A stretch of 64,000 nucleotides of DNA from an archaeon (GTDB lineage: Archaea; Iainarchaeota; Iainarchaeia; Iainarchaeales; JAAZKV01), in the NCBI GenBank assembly GCA_041653195.1, contig JBAZFU010000002.1:23639-87638 (forward strand), in the 5' to 3' direction. The translations under genes were made by a program, and so were the position numbers. The notes under the pieces are model-generated. The model was not told the origin of the DNA. It made no database searches and saw nothing but the letters and a program-made list of their open reading frames with translations. Below are positions 41,870 to 50,611 of this stretch, piece by piece (the first letter of the stretch is position 1; each line of letters opens with the position of its first letter).

Positions 41870-42823
41870 ATGAGGCCTTTTGAAATACTTGCTTATTCGA
41901 TAGCCGCACTTGCAATTCTTTTTGTCTTTTACAGCCTTTACCAATACTATTTTCCGCCTCAAAATGTACAAAAAGAAATAAGTGACGCGCTTGACCTTGC
42001 CCAATCACCGCTCTATCTTGGAAAAACCGTCCAGATAGGAAGCAGAACAATGAACGAAGGCTCGGGAATATACAAAAGCGCATTCGAAAAAGAAAAAAGA
42101 TTGGTGGCAATTGAATGCAACTCCGAGCAAGTGTGCTGTTCCCTTGGAGAAAAGTGCTCAGGAAAAATAAATTGGAGCTATGAAACAATAGAATTCAAAA
42201 ACAGCGAAACGATTAACATAAGTGCGAGATGCATAACCCAAGAAAAACTTCCCGTATGCAGAATTTATTTTGGCGAATCACCGCTGCAGGCAAAAATAAA
42301 AAAAATATTGCTTGTTGAAAACGTTGAAGGAAAAGCAAAAATAAATGTAACAGTTAGAAACGAAAACGCCAACCCGATGGGATTCGGAGTAAATACAATC
42401 AAATTGTACAAGCTGGTCGGAACAAACTGGCTAGAAACGGACAAGACGTTTGAAGCGAAAGAAATCGAAATTTTGGAACCAAAAAGCGATTACAACTTCG
42501 AATGGGAAATAAACATTACGATGCCGGGAAGCTACAAAGCAGTTTTTAGATTCGAATCAATGAACGCAGGCTATGATGAAAACTCAATAAATTTCGAGGT
42601 TGAAACCGGGGCGAACTGCAAAGCTGACGAAAGTGCGATTGCGGAAACAACATTAATCTTGGATTCCGATCCTGCGCAATACAAAGAAACACATTATTGC
42701 ACAGGATGCATACAAGCTTATGAATGCGCTTCCGCATGGGAAGAAAAAATCGGAAAAGGATTCGAACCGCTAAGCCCTGAACAAACCTATTGCATAAAAG
42801 ATTCTTACGAAGGCCAGTGCTGA
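41870..42823 (+). CDS. Membrane-anchored Cys-containing extracellular protein, hypothetical
   Basis: 317 aa. N-terminal anchor ILAYSIAALAILFVFYSLY and several paired cysteines (CNSEQVCCSLGEKCSG, HYCTGCIQAYECA). Confidence 0.55.
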   Translation: MRPFEILAYSIAALAILFVFYSLYQYYFPPQNVQKEISDALDLAQSPLYLGKTVQIGSRTMNEGSGIYKSAFEKEKRLVAIECNSEQVCCSLGEKCSGKINWSYETIEFKNSETINISARCITQEKLPVCRIYFGESPLQAKIKKILLVENVEGKAKINVTVRNENANPMGFGVNTIKLYKLVGTNWLETDKTFEAKEIEILEPKSDYNFEWEINITMPGSYKAVFRFESMNAGYDENSINFEVETGANCKADESAIAETTLILDSDPAQYKETHYCTGCIQAYECASAWEEKIGKGFEPLSPEQTYCIKDSYEGQC

Positions 42824-42851
42824 AAAAAAAATTCAAAATAATTTATTTTAT

Positions 42852-44762
42852 TCAATATTCTTTTTTCAACGCGACCAAAAACAAAACCACTATTACCAGC
42901 AACAACAACACCAATATTTCTATAACCGAGTCAGATAAATGCGCGCCCTTAACAATAACAGAAACCAAAAGATTGTTCGCAGCAGTCAGAGGCATCACAC
43001 GGCTTATTGATTGCATAAACGGTTTCATGAACTCCAACGGAAGAATAGCGCCACTGAGGAAAAGCATCGGAACAATTACCAAAAGCGAAGCAAGAATAGC
43101 AGTTGACTGCGTTTTTGCAAAAAAAGCGATGAGCATACCGAAAGAAATAAATGCAAGCGAAACCAAAGTAACTGCTGCAAAAAGTTCGGGCAACGAAACA
43201 TTTGAAACCAAGCCAAAACCAATATGAGAGACTCCGAAAATTTCAAACGGAAGCGGAATTTTCGCAAATGCCACCACAAGAATTATCGCGGTTTCAATCC
43301 ACGCAAGAACAAGCTGACCGATTATTTTTCCCAACAGCAAATACGCTTTGCTTGTTGAACTAAGACGGAACCTCATGGAAACATTCTGAGTTCTCTCGAG
43401 AATTATTAAAATAGATGTCAAAAGCATGCAGGTCATAACAAGAACTATTGCAATTACATTCGAAGCAAGAATTCCGAACGGATCAACATCATAAATTCTA
43501 TTTTCAAAAAAAATTGCGGGCTGGGCAAGGGTCGAAGGATCCATTTTTCTGAAATCTCCTAACTGCGAAGAAAAAGACGAAAGCATTCCTTCTGAGGAAG
43601 CGAGTTTTGTGCTTATTTCCTGCTTTGATTTTTTCGCCTCGGAAATCAAACCCTTAACTTCGTCAACAGATTCTTTGAAAAGCGCAAGTTTTGAATGCAC
43701 ATTCCCTATCGCAGTAGAAGACGAAGTCAATTGGGAATCAACCTTACTCATAGTAGAATCTACTCTTGCAAAAATAACATCCGCTTTTTTCATCGACTCC
43801 TCTATTTTTGCAAAATCGGCTTCAGCCTGTGCAATGGAAGCAAGAGCCTGATTTATATTTGATTGATAATCCGCCAAAGTTTGCCGCGTGGTTCGAAGCT
43901 GCGCCAAAGCAGAATCAATTGCCTCAGGACTGGAATCTCTCACAGCCTCGAGACTTGAAATAATCTCGTCCAAAGAAGCTGCCGAATCATTCAATTGAGA
44001 AGACGCCGCTTGAAGAGACGCCTTGTAGGAAGAAATTGCAGGCTTTAATGCGAGGACCTCGGCCTCCATCGAGTTGAAAGAAGATTTGAATTCGGCAAAA
44101 TCTTTTCTAAACTGATTTGAATCGGATTTCAAATCGGAAATCGCGGTTCCCTGTTCGTCCAAAGTGCCTTCAATTTCCGAAAAATCAAGCGCATTCAAAT
44201 CAGTTTCAAGCTTTCCAAGAGAAACTTCGGAAGCGTCAAGCTTCGCCTGAAAATCGCGCACATTTTCCAATTCCGAACTAATATTGCTGCTCAAATTTGA
44301 AATCGTCAGCCAAATAGACGAAAGCTTTTGCTGAGATGCCGTTGTAGTAATGTTTCTTACCATCGCTTGTGCGATCTGCAAAAAAAACTGGGATGCCAAA
44401 AGATTAGAATTATCATAATAAAGATCGACTTTTACTTTGGAATAGGCTGATTCGGAAGAAAGTTTCATTCCAACCATGACTTCTTTTTTCTTAACCGCCG
44501 AAACCATTTGATTTGTGTCGCTAAAAGTAATAATTGAAAGTTCTTTCAGAGAACTTACCTGAGAAAGCATGTTAGAATCTGCGCTCAATTCATTAACCAG
44601 CCCGACAGTCACTTTATCAGGCGCATTAATCCCCGCAAACGAAGTTCCAAGGAGCGCGATTGCAATAAACGGATAAATGAAAATAAGAAGAAGCGCCACT
44701 TTCTGACTCTTCACGAGAGAAATCTCCTTCCAAACAATATCAAAAAGTTTCACAAACACCAC
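42852..44762 (-). CDS. ABC-2-type transporter permease with ~300-aa coiled-coil ectodomain (YhgE/Pip-like)
   Basis: N-terminal TM, a long Ser/Ala/Leu/Asp-rich heptad region, then a C-terminal bundle of ~5 TM helices. It is co-oriented with the ATPase gene 12 nt upstream. Confidence 0.7.
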   Translation of the reverse strand: MVFVKLFDIVWKEISLVKSQKVALLLIFIYPFIAIALLGTSFAGINAPDKVTVGLVNELSADSNMLSQVSSLKELSIITFSDTNQMVSAVKKKEVMVGMKLSSESAYSKVKVDLYYDNSNLLASQFFLQIAQAMVRNITTTASQQKLSSIWLTISNLSSNISSELENVRDFQAKLDASEVSLGKLETDLNALDFSEIEGTLDEQGTAISDLKSDSNQFRKDFAEFKSSFNSMEAEVLALKPAISSYKASLQAASSQLNDSAASLDEIISSLEAVRDSSPEAIDSALAQLRTTRQTLADYQSNINQALASIAQAEADFAKIEESMKKADVIFARVDSTMSKVDSQLTSSSTAIGNVHSKLALFKESVDEVKGLISEAKKSKQEISTKLASSEGMLSSFSSQLGDFRKMDPSTLAQPAIFFENRIYDVDPFGILASNVIAIVLVMTCMLLTSILIILERTQNVSMRFRLSSTSKAYLLLGKIIGQLVLAWIETAIILVVAFAKIPLPFEIFGVSHIGFGLVSNVSLPELFAAVTLVSLAFISFGMLIAFFAKTQSTAILASLLVIVPMLFLSGAILPLEFMKPFMQSISRVMPLTAANNLLVSVIVKGAHLSDSVIEILVLLLLVIVVLFLVALKKEY

Positions 44763-44774
44763 CGAAAAAAATTA

Positions 44775-45713
44775 CTATCCTGTAACCATTTTCTCCCCTG
44801 TTAAATTGAGGAAAACATCTTCCAAATCAGGCTCTTTTGTAACTGCTGAAAGAATATTATAACCCTTATCAATAAGCCACTGGGTAATGGCTGAAATTTT
44901 TTCAACACTGTGAGATTGCTCAAGCGGAATTATAAGCAAATCACCGCGCTCAATAATGCTTTCCTGCTTCAATGCTTTCTTTATGCCGTCAATGTGCTCA
45001 GGCAAAACACTTTTTTCCATTTTGAAAATTATTATTTTTATCCCCCCGTATTTCTTTATCAATTCCTCAGGAGTGCCTATACACAAAACCTTTCCCTTCT
45101 TGAGCAACGCTATTCGCGTGCAAAGCGCCTCAGCTTCATCCATGTAATGCGTCGTTATCACAATAGTTTTTCCGCCTTTCTTAAGCTCCCTTATTTTCTG
45201 CCAAAACATCTGCCTCATTTTAGGATCAAGGCCCGCAGTAGGCTCGTCCATCAAAATAAGTTGGGGGTCATGGAGCAACGAAAGCGCTATATTCAAAAGA
45301 CGCTGATAACCGCCGCTCAAAAAATCGGCTTTCAATTTTCTAAATTCATCGAGCCCAAGCCACTTCAACAAAAAATCGACACGCGCATTTCTAATTTTCC
45401 CATTCAAACCGCTTATGCTTCCGAAAAAATTCATATTCTTTTCAACAGAAAAATCGTTATAAAAAGAAGATTCCTGCGGAACAAGCGCAATTTTTTCCGC
45501 AACCCTTCGCACACCAGTCGCGCCAAAAAGAGAAATCTCTCCCGAATCAGGATTCTGAAGGCCGAGAATTATGCTTGTAAGAGTGCTTTTTCCGGCGCCG
45601 TTGCTTCCGAGCAAACCGAAAATTTCCCCTTCCTCAATTTCAAGCGAAACTCCATCAAGAACTTTTTTGCCATCAAAAGACTTTGAAACATTTTTAACAG
45701 AAAGAAGAGCCAT
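44775..45713 (-). CDS. ABC transporter ATP-binding protein (ABC-2/DrrA-like)
   Basis: Walker A GSNGAGKST, signature LSGGYQRLLNIA, Walker B LILMDEPTAGLD and H-loop TTHYMDEAE. Confidence 0.9.
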   Translation of the reverse strand: MALLSVKNVSKSFDGKKVLDGVSLEIEEGEIFGLLGSNGAGKSTLTSIILGLQNPDSGEISLFGATGVRRVAEKIALVPQESSFYNDFSVEKNMNFFGSISGLNGKIRNARVDFLLKWLGLDEFRKLKADFLSGGYQRLLNIALSLLHDPQLILMDEPTAGLDPKMRQMFWQKIRELKKGGKTIVITTHYMDEAEALCTRIALLKKGKVLCIGTPEELIKKYGGIKIIIFKMEKSVLPEHIDGIKKALKQESIIERGDLLIIPLEQSHSVEKISAITQWLIDKGYNILSAVTKEPDLEDVFLNLTGEKMVTG

Positions 45714-45785
45714 TATTTCACTTCACAAAAATCAAATTCAGAAAACTTTACAGAAAATTATGCTAGAATAATGAAAAAAGAAGTA

Positions 45786-45816
45786 TATAAAAGTGCGCAA
45801 AAAGCGCACTTTTATA
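45786..45816. terminator. 13-bp perfect inverted repeat between two co-oriented genes (terminator, overlapping the promoter region of the ABC operon)
   Basis: tataaaagtgcgc (45786-45798), aaaaa, gcgcacttttata (45804-45816). The stem includes T- and A-runs on both strands. Confidence 0.5.
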
Positions 45817-45826
45817 CAAAAATTGT

Positions 45827-47308
45827 TTAGTCTGTGGAGTCGTCCGAAGCGCTGTTCGAATCAAAAACCCAATTCTTTACGTGATAGCCCTGTTCCATTG
45901 TCAGGGAAAAGTTTTTGTCTACACCGCCATTCCTGAAGGTTAAAATATACTCTACCTGAGCCGACTCATCAATATTAGCTTCGCTTGAAAAGTACCCCCA
46001 AACATCCCATGGATTTTGCGATAGCACATACGGAGGATCCGGGTTATAGCACCCTGTATTTTCCCCCTGATAATAAATGCACTCGCCAACTATTGGAACA
46101 TCTGCCGGTTCGAGAAGCACACCATTCGCACTCAAAAGACTAATCAAAAACCTATACCCAAGAAGAGCCTTTGCCTGAACTACCGAGTTCACATCAGACA
46201 CTTCCGCGTAAGTGTTTTGAATATTTAGAGGCGACTGATTCGCATCAATAGAATCCGCCGAGCCGTAAATACTGTAATTTCCGTACAAAATATTTTCGAA
46301 ATATGCCGAGGAATTTGATACAATTGATTCCCCACAAACATAAGGGTGAGAATTCTGGCAGGCCATTAACTTTGTGCCTTCCATTCTTTCAACATCCTCA
46401 ATTGAAGTTCCTTTTCCCGGAACGATATTTACTGTCAAGTTTCCTCTTTCAGTAGGAGCGTTTTTCTCCAAATAAAAAGAGTTCTCAGAGTATTTGCTTC
46501 CGGTCCAAACGTATTGTTCCTGGCCAATGTAGCCGTCTCTTTCAACAACCGCTTTGTACCAATAATTTCTACTTTCGAAATCATATGGCGTGTAGAGGAA
46601 GAACAATGCGTTCATTTCTTCGCTGTCTGAAAAGTCGCGCTGGTCGTAAAGCCACTCGTTGTGAGTGCACTCGCCGTATTCACAGCGGTCTTCTTCGTAA
46701 TACAATTTTATTGAACCGTTGCCTGTTAAAGGCGAACCGCTTTCATACTCGTAAGCCTTTATCCTTACTGCAGGATTGCTCGGAACAATATCCAAATAAA
46801 CATTGTATTCCTTGTCTTCTGAAATAACTACTTTTTCAGAAACTGCCCTGTATGCATAATCTTCCGAGCGAGCTTCGAAATAATAATCTCCGGGTTCGGT
46901 AACGTTCATTGAAACCATTCTGCTGTCACCAATCGGAAGTTCTCCGCCCTTCGAATCATCGAAATTTATATACAAATTTTTTGATTGTTCCCCGAACCAG
47001 TGTTCGCCGATTCTTGAAACGAGATTATTGTATGCGGAAAAGCTCACGTTCTTGCTGTGATACCAGTGCATGTATAAGCTGCCTTCAGCATCCCAAGCAC
47101 CAGAAACATAAACATTAACTTTCGCATTGACCGCTTGTGCGCAGTCGGTTGGACAAGTGTTTTCTTCACCTGTTGAACAAATGCTGTCCCCACAAATTGT
47201 CGGCTGCGTGCAGCCAAACAAAAGCGCGAAGAGCAAAACAACTAATACAGAAAATAAAACTTTCTTCATGAGCCCACCTCCAAAGGGGCAACAATTAGGG
47301 AAATTCAC
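45827..47308 (-). CDS. Secreted lipoprotein-like hypothetical protein
   Basis: Signal and lipobox-like VLLFALLFGCTQ, then the CGDSICSTGEENTCPTDC motif, followed by Tyr/Asn/Glu-rich beta-type sequence. Confidence 0.6.
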   Translation of the reverse strand: MNFPNCCPFGGGLMKKVLFSVLVVLLFALLFGCTQPTICGDSICSTGEENTCPTDCAQAVNAKVNVYVSGAWDAEGSLYMHWYHSKNVSFSAYNNLVSRIGEHWFGEQSKNLYINFDDSKGGELPIGDSRMVSMNVTEPGDYYFEARSEDYAYRAVSEKVVISEDKEYNVYLDIVPSNPAVRIKAYEYESGSPLTGNGSIKLYYEEDRCEYGECTHNEWLYDQRDFSDSEEMNALFFLYTPYDFESRNYWYKAVVERDGYIGQEQYVWTGSKYSENSFYLEKNAPTERGNLTVNIVPGKGTSIEDVERMEGTKLMACQNSHPYVCGESIVSNSSAYFENILYGNYSIYGSADSIDANQSPLNIQNTYAEVSDVNSVVQAKALLGYRFLISLLSANGVLLEPADVPIVGECIYYQGENTGCYNPDPPYVLSQNPWDVWGYFSSEANIDESAQVEYILTFRNGGVDKNFSLTMEQGYHVKNWVFDSNSASDDSTD

Positions 47309-47410
47309 GCTTGAAGCAGTATATATATATTTCTTTATTCATAGAACATCTGTAATAATAAGTAAACAAGAATTCGAACAAAATAATTTACAAATACGGG
47401 TGAAAAATAT

Positions 47411-48724
47411 TTGAAACTCTCACAATTCCTAAAAAAAAATTCTGCAAAAGAGGGCTCGCTCGTAACATTCAACATTGACGGGCAGATTACCGGCGGAACA
47501 ATAATCCCGTCAAGAGATGAAACGCTTATGCTCAAACTTAAATCAGGGTATAACGCAGGTTTCGATACTTCGAAAATAAAAAAACTCAAAGTTCTCGGAA
47601 CCGCAAAAAGTGTCGGAAAACCGAAAGCGATTACGGTGCCGAAAAAAGAAGGGCTGCCAAAAATTTCAATCCTTCACACCGGAGGAACAATTGCATCACG
47701 CGTGAACTATTCGACCGGCGGGGTTTATGCTTCTTTCAATGTTGAAGACTTGGTAACAATGTTTCCGGAACTATTTGAAATTGCAAACATCGAATCAGTT
47801 TTTGTCAGCAACATGATGTCCGAAGACATAACAATTAAGGATTACCAAAAAATAGCAAAAGCGGTTGAGGGTGAAATAAAAAAAGGAGTAAAAGGAATAA
47901 TTATCGGACACGGAACGGACACGCTCGGATACAGCGCGGCCGCACTAGCTTTCATGCTTGAAAATTGCCCGATTCCGGTGCTGCTTGTGGGCGCGCAAAG
48001 AAGCAGCGACAGGGGAAGCAGCGATGCAGGAATGAATCTTGTTTGTGCCGCGCACTTCATTACGAAAGAAAATTTCAAAGGAGTGGCGGTTTGCATGCAC
48101 AATTCGACCAACGATAATAACTGCGCGATTCTTCCGGCTACAAAAACGAGAAAAATGCACACTTCAAGGAGAGATGCATTCAAAGCAATAAACGACACGC
48201 CGATAGCGCTTGTGGATTACAACACAAAAGAAATCAAGTGGATGAAAGACAAAAAAAATTTTACCTCCGAGAAAGGAAAATTCAAATTAGCAGACAAATT
48301 CGAGGAAAAAGTAGGGATTGTAAAAATGCATCCGGGAATTTCAACAAAAGTGATTGATTTTTATCGAAAAGAAAAATATAAAGGGGTTATAATTGAAAGC
48401 ACCGGGTTGGGGCACACTCCTATCGGAAAAAATGATTCGTTTGTAAAAGAATTAAAGAAGCTCGTTGATTCAGGATGTGTTGTTGGATTAACTTCACAAT
48501 GCATAAATGGAAGGGTGCACACGAGCGTTTACACTAACATTAGAAAAGTGGCTTCAGCAGGAGTAATTTACTGCGAGGACATGCTGACGGAAACCGCTTA
48601 CATCAAACTTTCATGGCTCCTTGGAAACTACTCAAAAAAAGAAGCGGAGCAGATGCTCAACAAAAACCTTCGCGGAGAAATTGCCGAATTCAGCAGGGTT
48701 GACACCTACAAACCAGAAATGTGA
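47411..48724 (+). CDS. gatD: Glutamyl-tRNA(Gln) amidotransferase subunit D
   Basis: Asparaginase-type motifs ILHTGGTIAS and GIIIGHGTDTLGYSAAAL. The 437-aa size and N-terminal extension are typical of GatD. TTG start. Confidence 0.9.
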   Translation: MKLSQFLKKNSAKEGSLVTFNIDGQITGGTIIPSRDETLMLKLKSGYNAGFDTSKIKKLKVLGTAKSVGKPKAITVPKKEGLPKISILHTGGTIASRVNYSTGGVYASFNVEDLVTMFPELFEIANIESVFVSNMMSEDITIKDYQKIAKAVEGEIKKGVKGIIIGHGTDTLGYSAAALAFMLENCPIPVLLVGAQRSSDRGSSDAGMNLVCAAHFITKENFKGVAVCMHNSTNDNNCAILPATKTRKMHTSRRDAFKAINDTPIALVDYNTKEIKWMKDKKNFTSEKGKFKLADKFEEKVGIVKMHPGISTKVIDFYRKEKYKGVIIESTGLGHTPIGKNDSFVKELKKLVDSGCVVGLTSQCINGRVHTSVYTNIRKVASAGVIYCEDMLTETAYIKLSWLLGNYSKKEAEQMLNKNLRGEIAEFSRVDTYKPEM

Positions 48725-48864
48725 AAATTTCCAAAAGTGCCAATAAGCAGCTTAAAATGCCAACGAAAGGCAAAATGGATAAAAGAGACTAATTAGTTAA
48801 CTTATTACGGTTAACAAAAGGTTTATATATTTGTGTGGATGAATGTAAGTATTAGGTGAGCAAA

Positions 48865-49215
48865 ATGAAGATGAAAATACTTGGAATAATTTTGGTACTT
48901 GCGCTGATGATTAGCGGAGCATACGCATACCAAGGATACAGCGGATACAACACATACTATTACACGAACAACTACAAATCAAATTATTATTCAACGCCTG
49001 CACAAGCTTACGTTTACAATCATTACGCTTACCCTTACTACGGGACTTACGGTTACAATTACTACTATCCAGCGGTGCCGGCGTATTATGGATATTACCC
49101 CGTTTACGGATACTACGGCGGCGGTTCATACAACAGCCTCTCAATCTACGGAAACGGATACGCCCTAACTTACACGCGCGGATACGGCTGCGGATACTAC
49201 GGATACTACTGCTAA
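48865..49215 (+). CDS. Secreted, extremely Tyr/Gly/Asn-rich small protein
   Basis: Signal peptide MKMKILGIILVLALMISGAYA, then YQGYSGYNTYYYTNNYKSNYYS...GYGCGYYGYYC. By hand count more than one third of mature residues are Tyr. AGGTGA lies ahead of the ATG at 48865; the track start GTG is at 48856. Confidence 0.6.
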   Translation: MKMKILGIILVLALMISGAYAYQGYSGYNTYYYTNNYKSNYYSTPAQAYVYNHYAYPYYGTYGYNYYYPAVPAYYGYYPVYGYYGGGSYNSLSIYGNGYALTYTRGYGCGYYGYYC

Positions 49216-49244
49216 AGCACACAAAAAATTAGAAAGCCGGAAAA

Positions 49245-50513
49245 TTAGGAAAAATCTTCTATCCTAATAACAACCGCTTCTTCTTTAACAACGCCGAGTT
49301 TATTGCAGAGCGCAACAGCCTTCGCCATCTGCTCCTCAAAAGCCATATGCGTCAACAAAACAATCGGAACAATTTCTTTGTTAACTTCCTTTTGAGAAAA
49401 AGCTGCAATTGAAATGGAAGCATCGCCAAAAATTTTTGTTATTTCAGCAAGAACGCCCGGCTTGTCAATCACACCGAATCTTACAAAGTAGCGCGACTGC
49501 ATCTGCGACAACGGCTTCATTTTCACTTTCTCAAAATTTCTTTGGGTTATCCTGCCGCGCGAACCCATCTCAATAATATCAGTGACAACTACCGTCGCTG
49601 TCGGAAACTTGCCCGCGCCTTTTCCCGAAAGAAAAATTTCGCCGGTGTTCTTTCCCGACAAAAGAACTGCATTTAATTCGTTATTCACGTTCGCAAAAAT
49701 GTGATTTAAAGGAATCATCGCGGGATGCACCTTCAACTCAACGGCATCGCCGTCTTTTCTTGCAACTGCCAACAACTTAATCGCATAACCGAGTTCCCTC
49801 GCATATTCAATATCTTTTTTGGAAATATTCGTTATACCGAGAGTAAAGGGCTCACCTTCAATCTTTGCATCAAAAGCAAGCGAAGCCAAAATGGAAATCT
49901 TTTGCGCAGCATCTTTTCCTTCAACATCAAAGGAAGGGTTCGCTTCGGCAAAGCCAAGTTCCTGCGCTTTTTTCAAAGCATCGGAATAATCCATCCCTTC
50001 GCCCATGCGCGTAAGAATATAATTTGTCGTGCCATTCAGGATCCCATAAATCGCCTGAATCTTATCAGACGAATAACTTTCTTCAATTGTCTTTATCACC
50101 GGAATGCAACCACCTACCGATGCTTCAAACAAAACGTTCACTTTCTTTTCCTGCGCCGCTGCAAAAATTTCGTAACCGAACTTTGCGAGAACTGCTTTAT
50201 TCGCGGTAACGACATGCTTGCCCGCGGAAATAGAATCCATTATAATCGTGCGGGCGGGCTCGTAACCGCCGACCAACTCAACAACCACCGAAACTTCTTT
50301 GTTCCCAATCACTTCTGCGTAATTCGAAGTAAAAATTTTCTTGTCAATGCCCAACTGCCCAGCTTTCTCAGGAGATTTGTCGCAAACAGCTTTCAAAACA
50401 ATTTTAACACCGGTGCGCTTCTCAATAAGCGCGGCATTTTTCGAAATTATTTCTGCCACACCGGACCCGATGGTCCCCAAACCGATTATTCCGATTCCAA
50501 CTTCCGTCACCAT
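49245..50513 (-). CDS. hom: Homoserine dehydrogenase with C-terminal ACT domain
   Basis: GIGIIGLGTIGSGV (NAD-binding), GILNGTTNYILT and the EANPSFDVEGKDAAQK block. Start preferred at MVTEVGIG (50513); the track ORF extends to 50561. Confidence 0.9.
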   Translation of the reverse strand: MVTEVGIGIIGLGTIGSGVAEIISKNAALIEKRTGVKIVLKAVCDKSPEKAGQLGIDKKIFTSNYAEVIGNKEVSVVVELVGGYEPARTIIMDSISAGKHVVTANKAVLAKFGYEIFAAAQEKKVNVLFEASVGGCIPVIKTIEESYSSDKIQAIYGILNGTTNYILTRMGEGMDYSDALKKAQELGFAEANPSFDVEGKDAAQKISILASLAFDAKIEGEPFTLGITNISKKDIEYARELGYAIKLLAVARKDGDAVELKVHPAMIPLNHIFANVNNELNAVLLSGKNTGEIFLSGKGAGKFPTATVVVTDIIEMGSRGRITQRNFEKVKMKPLSQMQSRYFVRFGVIDKPGVLAEITKIFGDASISIAAFSQKEVNKEIVPIVLLTHMAFEEQMAKAVALCNKLGVVKEEAVVIRIEDFS

Positions 50514-50611
50514 ATAAACACTACAAACAATTCCAAGAAAGGAATAAATAACGTGCGTCAAAAAGAGGCGAGCGCATGCTTATTTTAATTCCTTTCTGCC
50601 CTAAGTTTTTC

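Noticed and set aside
44910-45686. 258-aa plus-strand ORF antisense to the ABC ATPase
   Set aside because: The sense strand carries complete Walker A, signature, Walker B and H-loop motifs. The antisense product has no recognisable features.
48911-49222. 103-aa minus-strand ORF opposite the Tyr-rich gene
   Set aside because: It is a mirror image of the repetitive TAY/GGN codons. It lacks a signal or start context, whereas the plus-strand ORF has a signal peptide and an RBS.
49725-50588. 287-aa plus-strand ORF antisense to hom
   Set aside because: The sense strand encodes a full homoserine dehydrogenase. The antisense frame is Arg/Asn/Phe-rich and would overlap the gatE start region.
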